Origin: Patellaria atrata CBS 101060 | Taxonomy: Eukaryota | Direction of reading: 5' to 3' | Assembly: GCA_010093705.1 (NCBI GenBank) | Contig: MU006096.1 | Span: 394,004-458,003 of the forward strand | DNA length: 64,000 nucleotides | In this document: one piece after another, positions 36,181-48,501 of the stretch | How positions within the stretch are numbered: the first letter of the stretch is position 1 | Layout of the letters: each line of letters begins with the position of its first letter | The notes under the pieces: generated by a model | The model's database searches: none | The model's input: the letters and a program-made list of their open reading frames with translations, nothing else | What the model was told of the DNA's origin: nothing | Program-made: the position numbers and the translations under genes

Positions 36181-37239
36181 CTATATGATATCCCATACGT
36201 CTTCTGCTGCATGACAAAACTTGCTGCAGGCCACACTCGCACTCAAACTGAAGTTGCTGATGCTGATCGAGTCATCTTTGAACGAATCGGCGAAATCATC
36301 TCTGCCTTTGGCCATTGCACCCACAAAAACGCAAATGCTCTCCTTGGGGCCGAGGCTTTGAATATAATCCCTGACACGCACCACTGGAGCATCGAAGCTC
36401 AGCGTTACCTTCCGGCAATTCGGTGGCAGATGATCGGTGATGGGGTTCTTGATAACTTTCAACAGCTTCTCTTGTGATGTGGTCGATCTGATCGAGAGCC
36501 GGTGAAGCAGCTGGACCATGAGACCAGCGAATCGTTTGAATGTACGCGGAATACGCACGGTGGGGCTAACCTCGATGAGAACACCTTTGGCGGTGGAGAT
36601 GTAGATCTGAAGTTTACCGGCCTTGTTGATAGGAGAATCAAGTAATGTGAGCAAACACTTATTTTCAACGTTAGCGGGCTAATCACGGTTGACCGGACGT
36701 ATACACGCACCTGGTGTGTGATGTCTGGCCGAGCATCACTGATGTCGCGATTCATCTTCCTCATAACACCGATATGCTCATCACTATTGAGCAAGGAATA
36801 TTTCTCTTCTCTTCCTGCTGGTCCTCTGCCGCTGCCGTGAGACGCTTTGTATGTCTCTAGACTAGCATTCGACAGGACAACAATCAGTCGTTTGGTATCT
36901 TTGTCGCTGGCTGGAATGGGCGCATGTTGTTCGGCGACCAGTTGAGGAAGTGAAGGAGGTGGTAGTGATTGGGTCCCTAATGACGATCCGAATTGTAAGT
37001 CTCCCATATCGGCGGACGTTGATAACAATTATTCAGTTGATGAAAGAAGAAAGGCGTGCAAGAAAATATGAAACGAGCGAGAAGACAAGCTTAGGATGTT
37101 GAATCATAGAACTCGGTGAGTATTGGGACGACTCACTTATTCGCTTGCGATCTCGTTCAGGAGAGAGTTTCTGTTGAAGTCTTGTTCGTTCATTTTCCTC
37201 CTCGGCTTTGACGTTGCTAATGGCTTCTTGGGTCGCCAT
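36181..37239 (-). CDS. EMG1: 18S rRNA pseudouridine N1-methyltransferase Emg1/Nep1 (SPOUT), 3 exons
   Basis: Motifs [58 protein letters not shown] and VGAMAKG. Confidence 0.95.
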
Positions 37240-37945
37240 TTTTGCGTTGACGAAAATTTGGTGGATTCTATTCGCTATTGCAGCTGGATGTCAATTGGTT
37301 CTAAAATCGAGCTTGCCTGTAAATTTCCTTTTAAGAACACAACGACATGGGTCAGAAGTAGGTTTGGAAGATTCCTGTCAGTAGCAGGTGAGATTGAAAG
37401 ATGACATGGTCACAGTTCGAATATAGAGGTACAAAAAGTGGTCAAAGTTGCTCACCTCACCTCTGAGCTTTCACATTCAAGTCACAAAATAAAATAGGGT
37501 AACCATCATGCGGCATGTCTTGGCGCGAACTCGCGGTGCTTTTGCGCCAACTTTTACGGGGACTCGGGGACCGGGTTACCCACTGATACTTGCCACTAAT
37601 ATTACAACCTGGAAAGGACTCGTCCGTTTTCTAAAGTCAGTAATGTTTACCATGATAATAACCCAAGGTATAGTACGCTGGAGATGTACCGTTATCATCT
37701 ATCTCATCTCCACTCCTAGTCATCAATATCATGGATTGCTTAACTCCAGCTCCTTACCTTACGTCACTCTCTATAACTATCTCCGACCTGTTGTACGATC
37801 AAACAGGAGACTATAAAAGGGCATTGAATAACATTTTCAAATAACATCTGTATCTTTTCTGTTCACGTATTGTCTCTCGATTCATAATACTACCTTGGCA
37901 CGCTTGGTTAGATACAACTCAGAGGGCCAAGACGAGACCGTCCAG

Positions 37946-38978
37946 ATGGCTAACATTGTTGGTACCACAAATTTGAGCTTATCAGGCAAAGTAGCAATTG
38001 TTACCGGAGCTTCACGTGGTATCGGAGCTGCTATTGCACTAGAGTTGGCTAAAAGGGGAGCGAAGGTAAATTGAAGAACCCTGCATCACTCGAAAACGGT
38101 ATCAAGCCCAAATTTGGTGATATGGAGTTACGGAATACTTCTTTCAGAACTTGCATATCCATACCGCTTCGAGAATGTCAAAGTTTGCTTCTACTTTCTG
38201 GTAACCTGAATATTACACTGCAACGTCACCTGTTACTGGACTCTTTGATTGTCTTGTACCATGTACCTCCTAGTGTTCCCTTTAGACATATGGTTGACAA
38301 TCATCTATATAGGTCGTTCTCACATACACATCTGAAAGAAGCACGAAGATCACCGAAGATCTGATCGCTCAGATCGCCAACTTTGGAAATGGAGCAGCCG
38401 GAGCCAAAATCCAGGCCGACCTACGAGAACTTGATGCTCCTGCTAAGATTGTATCAGCCACTCGAGCTGCATTTGGAAAGTCAATAGATATCCTGGTGAA
38501 CAATGCCGGCGTAGAGATCGTAAAGTCAGTATTGGATGTCACTCCTGAAGATTTTGCTTCCGTCTTTGATCTAAACGTCCGTGGTGCGTACTTCATGTCT
38601 CAGGCTGTTACCAAGCATCTACGCTCGCCTGGACGCATTGTTAACATATCCTCTGTTGGCGCTCGAGATGGTTACGAGTCCATGTCGGTATATTCTGCTT
38701 CGAAAGCAGCTCTCGAAGGAATGACGCGTGGCATGGCTGCTGATCTGGGGGCTGTTGGCCATACCGTCAACGCCGTAGCGCCAGGACCTACGGAGTCAGA
38801 GATGCTCGACAACATTCCAGAGTCCCTAAAAGAATCTCAGAGGAAAAGTACTCCGGTAGAACATCGCTTCGGTACAGCAGAGGATATTGCTCTGGTGGTA
38901 GCGTTCCTTTGTGAAGAACAATCGCGATGGCTATCTGGACAGACTCTAAGCGCCAGTGGTGGATTCAAGATGCTTTGA
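37946..38978 (+). CDS. Short-chain dehydrogenase/reductase (classical SDR)
   Basis: GKVAIVTGASRGIG in exon 1, an intron of about 246 nt, then NNAG, YSASK and VNAVAPG. Confidence 0.92.
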
Positions 38979-40098
38979 CGATTCTGTAACTCTATGCATT
39001 AACGACTAAGTAATAAGGAAAATTGCTCCATACAAACAAATCTAAGTGCTTGTAACTGTTCAACGGCGATGCTAAGCTCTGAAGACGTTTCCTTAGGGAA
39101 TTACTCTCGCGATGATGGTACGATTTTACACGCCGCGGAGGCATTTCACTCAAACAAAGTTTCCTTTTCTCACTCTCCGTGCTTCAGCGTCAAGTGGGGA
39201 CCTTGGAACCTTTTAGACTCTTTTTGCCTGGTGTTCCTCGTGGCGGAGAGTTCGGGGTGAGATCTTGGAAGGTAAGGCCGAGGTTTGGGGTAGCGCTTAC
39301 TAACCAATTTCTGACTCCTGAAACTCGGCTCCTGATTCTCAAACAGAGTTTCTGCATCAGAACTGTCACATCTTCGCCGAAAGACCTCCTGGGTCAGTCT
39401 AAACTTTCCTTAATGAGGCTCAATCTTCTCCAAAGCCATCTCTGTTTTTGGTTCTCTAGCTTTGAGGGTTTCAGTGTCTCTCCCTAAAGCAATCTCAACC
39501 CGTTCTCCCACGCTCGAGACCTACAAGCTCGTCAAGATGCTGTACTTAGCTCCAATATGATTTATCTGCGATGCGCTGACTTGGCCCATACCAATTCCGT
39601 CTGTGACAAGCTGTGATCTACGTTCGCCTCGCCCCCAGGGGATCCCATGAGAAGTGGTATGATTTTTCGAGGCTTTCCACTATAGCTGTTTGCACTTGTA
39701 ACCCGTAGCGCGTGTTCGAGGAGGTGTTGTGACGCTGATATGCTGCTCTCCCCCATCTGTCCTATTACTACCTTTGCCATATCTCAGATCCGTTTTTGTT
39801 TCCTCACTTGAGGCTCACTTTCGGTAAATATCCTTTTCAACCGGTAGCCACCTTTTCCTTCATTCCATTTTCTTTTTTCACGTCGCCATCTCGTGCTGGC
39901 ACGCCTCTTCGTAAGTTAATCCTCCGAAATGTATTTTCATGTTCTGTTCTAACGTTGTTGTATAGACTTCTTGTCACTCCTTTGAATAAATACTTTTTTT
40001 TCGCAGCCCTTGGCTAGTACAGCAGGTCTGCAAGCCGCGAGGAATTATCTCGTCGACCACCTACCATAATCGTTCATCTCACAAGCCTTGTATTAGCA

Positions 40099-42127
40099 AT
40101 GGGTTCACTACAAAAAGAATATGGCCTCTCAGGCAAGGAGAGATCAAGATGGCCACCGTTAACAAGAATGCTCATGTCTGGTGAGATGAGTAATGAGCCC
40201 CCGAGGCAGTTATACATGAAAGAGAAGATAGAGATTTGGTATGCTTTTCGTTGCAACTCAAAATTTGCGCGACTAACGGGGCACCAGGATGGTCAACGAA
40301 GGATATCGAAGATTGTATGACTAAATCCATCGCGGTTCCGGCCGTATAGCTAACTTGTGAAAGATTCGTCGGCGTGTTCATCCTACTTCATGGAATGGTC
40401 TTCGCCTTTGGTTTCATGAACTACCAGATCAAGGACAATCTCACAGGCCCAAGAGCAACGTTCGGGTTGACATATCCAATTGCAAGATCTGCTGCGCTTG
40501 TATTACATGTAGATATTGCACTCATTCTCTTCCGTAGGTTTCCAGTCAAACCGGGTTTGCAAATATGAGCTAACAATTTACAGCTGTGTGTCGTAATTTG
40601 ATTTCTCTGGCTCGACGGACGCCATTGAATGGTATTATACAGTTTGGTAAGTGACAATGTTAATCAATCGAAATAGTACGCTAGCTAAAATCGGTCAGAT
40701 AAAAATATCACATTTCACAAATGTACAGAACCCTCTCGGTACTGACAGTTTCTGTCCTTTTAGCTAACGGCTGCAATAGTGACCGCTTGGTCAATTGTGT
40801 TTTTCTCATGGGTCCACACTATAGCTCATTGGAACAATCTTGCGCAATTCGCTGCTAAATTGAATCTTGGATTCAAAGGTTTTCTACTCGCAAATGTAGC
40901 AACTGGTCCAGGATGGTCAGGGTACATCATGTTAATCGCACTGATGGCCATGGTTTTCACCTCGATTGAGAAACCACGACGAGCAAATTACGAGCGATTC
41001 TGGTATACTCACCACTTGTTCATCATTTTCTTCGTCTTCTGGTCCATCCATGGAGCTTTCTGCATGATTACGCCTGACTTTGCCCCATTCTGCAATGGTA
41101 TTGGTGTATTCTGGCAGTTCTGGATGTGGGGTGGGTTTGCATATCTTGCAGAACGTATCGCTCGTGAAGTACGGGGAAGGCACAAAACTTTCGTTTCCAA
41201 GGTCATTCAGCATCCTAGCAATGTTTGTGAGATTCAAATCAAGAAGGAGCACACTACGACGAGAGCCGGACAGGTAAGATATATCTTTCACCCTTAATTC
41301 ATGTGACTAAACCCTCGTAGTATATTTTTCTGTGCTGTCCAGAAGTCTCTGTATGGCAATATCACCCCTTCACGCTTACCAGTGCTCCTGAAGAGGATTA
41401 CATCTCCGTCCACGTCCGATGCGTTGGTAACTTTACTAAAGCTCTCGCAAAAGCACTTGGTTGTGAATTCGAAAGAAAGGGCGGCAGAGGGGATGCCAAA
41501 GGTGAAAAGCAGCCCGTTATCAAAGGTGTGTCCGAGAACGAGAAGGGTGTAGATCCAAGCCTACGGAAGATTCTTCCAAGGGTCTATATCGACGGACCTT
41601 TCGGTAGCGCTTCTGAGGACGTGTTTAAATTCGAGGTTGCGGTGCTGGTGGGTGCCGGTATCGGTGTGACTCCATTCGCCTCCATCCTGAAAAGTATCTG
41701 GTACCGGATGAACTACCCCCAGGGCAAGACCCGTCTACGAAAGGTTTACTTCTTCTGGATCTGCCGTGATTTTGGGTCGTTCGAGTGGTTCAGATCATTA
41801 CTTCTTGCCATCGAAGCACAGGATCTCGAGGACCATATCGAGATCCACACATATCTCACCGCACGCATCAAAGTTGACGATGCAACCAACATCATGATCA
41901 ACGACGCCAACGCAGAGCAAGACGCCATCACCGGCCTCCGCGCACCGACCAACTTTGGCCGCCCCAACTGGGACATGATTTTCAAGTCAATCCGCAAAAT
42001 TCACGCTCCCGCGGAAGCAGGTGTGTTCTTCTGCGGTCCCAAACCGTTAGGTAGTGTGCTACATATCAAGTGCAACATGTACTCCCAACCCGGATTCAAC
42101 TTTGTATGGGGGAAGGAGAACTTCTAG
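40099..42127 (+). CDS. noxA: NADPH oxidase A (gp91phox homologue), multi-exon
   Basis: Motifs ARSAALVLH, DKNITFHK micro-exon, HTIAHW, YERFWYTHHLF, QYHPFTLTSAP, IDGPFGSASED, GAGIGVTPFASILKSIWY, FFCGP and WGKENF. No N-terminal extension or EF hands, so NoxA type. Confidence 0.95.
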
Positions 42128-42439
42128 TCAAGACTTTCTGTTACTTCCCTCTTTCTCTTTCCCTGATTCGGGTTTCTGCATTACGGCATATATGCATTAT
42201 TAGGCGTTTAATCATCCTAGCGAGGCTTTTTATATACCAGAGCATTTTCAGCATCCAATTGTGTCGAAGGCTGGTCTTGCTGATACCTGACTGGCGGAGT
42301 TTTGTATGATATTGGATGAATGGTAGCATGACACGCACACATACCCGCGAGGGCTTTCTGTAATAGACGGCTTTTGTTTTTAGCTAGACTGGGCCGAATG
42401 TACATAGTATAAATGGGACAGTATAGATTATGCACATTG

Positions 42440-42960
42440 AACATACATGTGAACATATCTCCTCAACTGACGTCTTTCATAACCCGCCTCTCTTCTATAC
42501 AGACTTACTCAAAATTCTTTTTGATCTCGCTCAATCCTTCCTGAATGCACTATTTTCGACACTTATCACTACTCAAGGTTTAGTACTGATAGAGCCTTTT
42601 CCGTTTCAGTTTAGAAAGTTTTCAAGTTTGGTGGTACGATCTCATAGAGGACAAATGTTCGACACGGTCTTGGGCGGAACGGAAGAGTCTCTCGCCGACA
42701 TGGGTATGAGATGAGACGAAGAAATATTCCGAGGACAGGTCCGTGGTTTATATAAGCCCGAGAAAGCTTTCATAGAGATACTGCAGTTATAGTTGTTTCT
42801 ATATATTTTACAAGCATAGAGAGTATCACTGTACTACATATTACGAATTAATAAAATATAAAGACTAAACAGTGAAGTTTAAAAACTCTTTTAACAGAAA
42901 AAAGAGGATGAGTGTCTGGAGTTTTTCTTAGACTATCATTGTCCCTGTGATGACTTGAAA
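42440..42960 (-). pseudogene. Possible degraded (RIP-like) coding or transposon relic
   Basis: A protein-like minus-strand frame is interrupted by TAA, TAG-TGA-TAA and TGA stops, next to a TpA-rich AT tract at 42740-42920. Confidence 0.25.
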
Positions 42961-43867
42961 TAGATAGAGATAGATAGCTATTAACAGGGTTTATAACCTT
43001 ACACAGGGCTAAACCAATATTCGTGGTGCAGCAGTCGGGACCTAATATCTTTCGACTTTTGATCCTTTTCCATGTGAAAATCCTTACCAGATGGGGTAGT
43101 CCGTATCACTCTTCGATTTGAGAAGTTGATGTTACGCTTTCGGTACGATCGATGCTATGGTTGTGGATCCTTTCGGTGAGACTTACAGTAAAGAGGCCCA
43201 CCTCGGAAGCAGCTTATATCCGCACGACCTGTTTCTAAAACCAGAGAAGTAGACGACTGATGAAAGCAGCATGTTAGTACAGGTCAAAGATGGAGAAAAC
43301 AGCTGCCGGCTTAGGGAGAGTCGTCAGCTGTCAGACAGCTTGTCAGCTAAGGAGTAGAACTCTAAAGCAGAGACATTGGTTACCAGAAACGGCGCGGTGA
43401 GTCCAGCGTAAGGTAGCGATGTGCTTCAAAGAAAGTCAGAAAAGTCGCCGCGCGCTTCCGAACCAAAACGTGGAGGTTTCTTAGTTCATGCTGGAGGTCT
43501 CAGACGTGCTTTATTATTCATTCGTTTCTTTGTTCAGTTCTCCCCATTCTCTGCCACTAGATGGTTGAATATTGGACGCAAACAGGATTTCATGACGAGA
43601 TGTCTATGGATATCGACATTGCAGCGAAAAGATCAGTTGTTAGAAATTGAGCAGGGCGGGGAGTTGCATATGAATTCATTTACTGCGCGGTTTGGCAAGG
43701 CAGTTTGTGTTGTATTACGATACGAAGGCGTGGAAGGCTTAAGCAAGCCACCAAACGCTTATGGTTAGCATAGCGCATATGAAACCCGCTTTACCCACAA
43801 TTTGCAAAGAAAACACGACAAGCTCAGGCAATCTTGGCAGGCACCAGGGGAAATGTGCATCTTTGAG

Positions 43868-43907
43868 CCAGTAATACCCAGTAATACCTAGTTATGCCCA
43901 GTAATGT
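43868..43907 (+). repeat. 10-bp tandem repeat, 4 copies
   Basis: CCAGTAATAC CCAGTAATAC CTAGTTATGC CCAGTAATGT. Confidence 0.75.
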
Positions 43908-44747
43908 TCGATTTATGAATGCACAAATACGCCGTATCCCCTGTTGATCAGTTCGTGCTCTCATTTCGGCTCATCGTGATCCTTGGCCGCGCCGCCCGTC
44001 CCTCATCAATCTCTGCCCAGTGCCCGTTGTCCTCCAACTCTCAAGCCTCTTCTGCTGGTGCCCTCTTCCAACTCCGTTATCGTGATCTCTCTTCCAAATT
44101 CGAGAGAACGACACACTCCTTTGTTCGTGCACTTTAATCCGCATTCGCTCTTTATCTTTTGACGCGCTTTCACGGCCTGCCGATTGCAATCTACATTCTT
44201 TGTTGTTTCTTACCGCTGGAAGAAAGGGGGCCACGCGGTCGTCTTTGAAACACGACATTCCAGAGAACGAATCAACCTAGACTCGGCATTTCACCAGTTG
44301 CAACCCAAATCGTTTCGAAAGTCTGCGGGCACCACGGCTTCGTTGATCGAATCCACTTGCTTGATCTTTGCAGTTGATAGATTTTGTCAACTTCACCTTC
44401 ACGGCCTTATACCCATCGACCTCGATCAACTGCCATAGACCCCGACCGACCCGTAACTCTCATTACAATCAACGCCGTTCGTTGCGAATCTATTGAACAA
44501 CAGGAGAAAAGGAAGAAGGAACGTAGAGACAATACACACTGAGCGTCCACCGAACCTCATGCTATCCATCCAGTAGATACCAGGTCCGTTGTCAAACAAA
44601 CTCAACAAAGTTACGAGCAAAAGACTTCGAGTGCTGACCTTCTCTAGTCAACCGGTTTCTGGATTCGGATATAAACGCCCTGAGGACTTCAGCATCACCT
44701 CACTTCCTTTCTTAATTTTTCGACCTCTCTATAGATTCTACTTCACA

Positions 44748-45706
44748 ATGGTGTCATCACCGCTACGGTCCGCACTGGCGGCGGCCTCATTCCTCTCATT
44801 GATCACACTTTCATCACAACAAGCAATACCAACCGCAACGTATACGGGACCATTAAGAACAATGACAGAAAAGGGCTGTTACGATGATCCCAAACCTCTA
44901 GTCAACCATGGTCCGTGGACCTTTCAGACAAGTGGCAATTGCCAGCCTATCTGCGTCCAGCTCAAGAAACCCGTCATGGCGTTAGTCAACGGAGAGGACT
45001 GCTGGTGTGGCGACCTGTTACCAGCTTTGTCTGCCAAAGTTGACGACGATGAGTGCAATACGCCCTGTAACGGATTTCCGGATGAGATGTGTATGTTAAC
45101 ATGGTGACTCTTTGTAGTTTCTTTGTGCTAAATTAGACAGGTGGTGGTAACAAGAAATGGAGAGTACTCTTGACTGGCATAACCAACAATCAAATTGACC
45201 ATTACGATCCTCAGAATCCCTCGGGAAGTCAAGGACCCAAGACAACGGCAGTCCTGCAATCTCAAGCAATTATCACCGTCGGCGGCAGCACGGTCGTTGT
45301 GACTGCTGCCCCCACAAATACCAACGCATCGCAATCCACGGGTGGAGGTCCGAACAAAGCTGGTATTGCAGCTGGCGTCGTTGTCGGTGTCGTTGTGATC
45401 TCTGGTGCTGTTGTTGGTGTTTTCCTTATACTCAGACATCGACGAAGGAAGCAGCTCGAGGAGGACTACAGACGACAAGCTGCCGTCAGCGACTTCGTCA
45501 ACGGAGGCAAAGGCTCAAGTGTTGCATCAATTAGCGACTCGCGATTAGACCCAGAGACCATGTTCGCGAGAAGGATGAGTGACGGTAGCATCATGGATAA
45601 CCAAGACTACTCGCGGAGAATTTTAAAGGTAAGATCTCTCTACTCATCTATTCTCCTTGCATGCACTAATCCATAATCATAGGTGACGAACCCCGACGGA
45701 CATTAG
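44748..45706 (+). CDS. WSC-domain cell-wall integrity sensor (Wsc1/Slg1-like), 3 exons
   Basis: Signal peptide, Cys-rich WSC domain (GCY...GNCQPIC...GEDCWCG...CNTPCNGFPDEMC), Ser/Thr stalk, TM GIAAGVVVGVVVI, and cytoplasmic tail RRMSDGSIMDNQDYSRRILK|VTNPD. Confidence 0.92.
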
Positions 45707-47107
45707 AAAAATAAGGAATATGTAAAACATATAAGGGCTCATTTAGCCTCCTACTCTAATCCCCAGCATTTGGGGATCGAAATTTTATGGACACTAGACA
45801 TTCACCTTTAATTCCCTATTTTCTTATTATAACGAAAATCATCCGGTTACCATCCATCTCCGACCTCCATCTCTCCCGTCGATCGAATCTTGTATTATGT
45901 CTCCGGTGTTTGGGCTATAGGGTGCATGGTCATGCAACGTCTTGACGAGTAGAAAGCTGTTAGGTAGCGCCAATCGAAGAAGGTAGCGAGCCTGTCGACA
46001 GCATCTATCAAATCCAACTTTGTTACATACTTTTCTCACTTTCTTGATCTCTTGTGTTAGCGATAGGGTCAGGTCTCACTTTCTCTTAGACATATGGACA
46101 AGAGTCTTTTCTCTGTTTCTCTCTTGGTGTGATTGTGAAGAAATCGAAAAGGTCCAGTTTTCATGCTCTCCTTTATCCTCTACCAAATGGGTCCATGAGG
46201 GTCCTCTTACCAGCGATGCTCAATCCAAGCTCGATGAAATCGATGGCCACTTCCTCAATATCATCATTGGGAGCTTGAGTATGCGTTGTGCGGCGAGGAA
46301 GCATCTCTAAGAGGAGTAGACGTTGGTGGAAGGGGTTGAAGTAATGTCTGATATTCCACGTCTCCATATTAGTTCAAACATGAGATATGGAGCATTTGTA
46401 GACATACTAATAGGAAGTATTTTATAGTTCCACTTGATTCATAACACTAGATGGTGTGAAACGGTATGATTCTCCTCAAGTTTTTCGGCGAATAGTAGGA
46501 TATATCGTCAAGAAAAATCTTTAGCCCCAACCCGATCGTGTCGATACCACATACGGTACATCACGGCTCCGTTTACAGTTGTGAGCTCCATCCAGATACG
46601 TACCGAATCAATGTGCACACGTAAATACACTAACTAGTGGAGATCAGACCAAGTTTAGCGTAGTGGATGATGACATGCTTATTGTCGAACAGAACCGGGG
46701 GAAAAAAAATTCCATGGACGAGAACGGGGGGTGGTGTGAACCATTGATATTTTTTTTCATCGACCATCGCGACCCACAAAACTAGAGTATATTTTTTCTA
46801 GTCGTAAGAATCTTCTAATGATGAAATGAGGCTACAAATAGATATGAGTCTTATCTATGTTAGGCATTCTTTTGAGGCAAGATTTTCAGTAGTATTTAAA
46901 TGTAGGAGAGGTTATGGTAGGTCTTCTCCTTTTGATTATCTTTTCTCGTCAACAAGAGCCGCAGTCAGTAGGATATCTCAATCATCGAAAGTCGACCCCA
47001 AGAATATACAGCCATCCATTTTCGTTGAAGTCGAGACATTCCACACATACCTTCAGTTAAGGGTCGCCACGGCAACATAACGGTGCAGAAACAGCTATAG
47101 CCACTAC

Positions 47108-47587
47108 ATGGAGAATTCAACCCACAAAACCTCAAATAAGATGCCGACCCAACCTAAAGATGATACGAAGGCCACAAACCTCGTCCATTCCCTTGAGATG
47201 GCAGGTGTCTCAGACCGCATGGCTCACGAACTCGAAGACACCGGTACGTTCCATTTCGACGACGGCCGCTGGGAGAGCGCTCAACCCCCAAGTTGGCCAT
47301 GGAGGAGTAGTTCAACCAGATGTCACTCGTCACCCTCGTCGGGTACAGCAACTCCAAAAGAGGGATTTACGACTCTGAGAATAGAGGAACACCATATGAG
47401 GAAACTAGAAGGTCCCGAGGCGTGGATGTCACAGCGTTTAGCGGAGAAAGATAGCAAGGAGTTGAGTGGAAAGTTGCGTTGTGGAGGGTGGTGTGAACTG
47501 CTAGGGAATGCTTGCTCGAGCTGTATGCCTAAGGAAACTGGTGGGTCTTTGTCACTGAATGAGCAAAAGATGGCTAGAGAGAATTAA
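47108..47587 (+). CDS. Hypothetical protein (159 aa)
   Basis: Clean ATG-to-stop ORF with protein-like composition (TGTFHFDDGRWESAQPPSWPW; CGGWCELLGNACSSC). No family recognised. Confidence 0.5.
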   Translation: MENSTHKTSNKMPTQPKDDTKATNLVHSLEMAGVSDRMAHELEDTGTFHFDDGRWESAQPPSWPWRSSSTRCHSSPSSGTATPKEGFTTLRIEEHHMRKLEGPEAWMSQRLAEKDSKELSGKLRCGGWCELLGNACSSCMPKETGGSLSLNEQKMAREN

Positions 47588-48501
47588 TCTAAGGGGATGC
47601 GTATGAAGTTTGATGTGGTGGTTGAGTCTGAGGAAGGCGTTCTTGTATCGTTTCCCATGGTGTCTGGGTCTTGCATGACTTTTGGCATCTTGAGCATAAT
47701 TCTCCCTTCATCCTAATCCGCGGTCAATATCATCTTTTCCGGTGCGGCTTTCAGTACTCGTCGATTCCTGTACGCTTTTCTATATTATCCTAGGGAACAC
47801 TCAAACATAGCTTCCGATCGCTGTCCTGAGATCCGGTACGATAGAAGCATACAGTCCGTTTTACACTCCGATTCAGTACGTACAGCGGAGATTGAATGCC
47901 CTTTCTCAGAGCAAGCGTACAGTAACTTAGGTATACCCTTAACTTTCAAAAAGGCTCCAGAGGGTAGTCAATATACACTTCACGTGATGACGCTGGGATC
48001 ATGACTTGTTTGGCAACAGCCGACCAAGCATCTACCCATTTCCTTGGTCTCACTCTACTTCAACTTGACGCTTCTCTTATATCTCTTTCGCTCATTCACT
48101 CTTCTTCTTCCTTTCCCGGCTATAATTGGCACAATTAACTTGATTGAAACTGCTCGTTTGTCGGTTTAGTGAGACCATTTTCGCTCTTTTCAGCGAATAC
48201 AGTCTAGGCTCCAGATTTGAAAGCTTCTCGCTTTCGCGCTTCAAGACCCCTTCAGTAACAAATTCATATGATTCAAATTCGATTCTCTTTTTTTTTTTTC
48301 CTCTTCCTTTTTCAGCACCAGCTTAGAACTACAGGACTAACCTACCTCACTCATTACATTTCGACAACGCCTACCATCCAACATTTTCTACATTTCTACC
48401 CATATCGGCCACTCTCTTTCTTTTACTCTTTTATAAAACTCCAGATTACGATTGATCTTTTTCTTTGAGGCCGCCCGTCGCGACGTAAGATATTTAACAG
48501 G

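Noticed and set aside
38066..38311. Unusually long SDR intron as a possible snoRNA host
   Set aside because: No RUGAUGA box C paired with a CUGA box D and terminal stem.
43868..43907. CRISPR-like array
   Set aside because: Eukaryotic DNA, and the 10-bp units have no spacers. It is a simple minisatellite.
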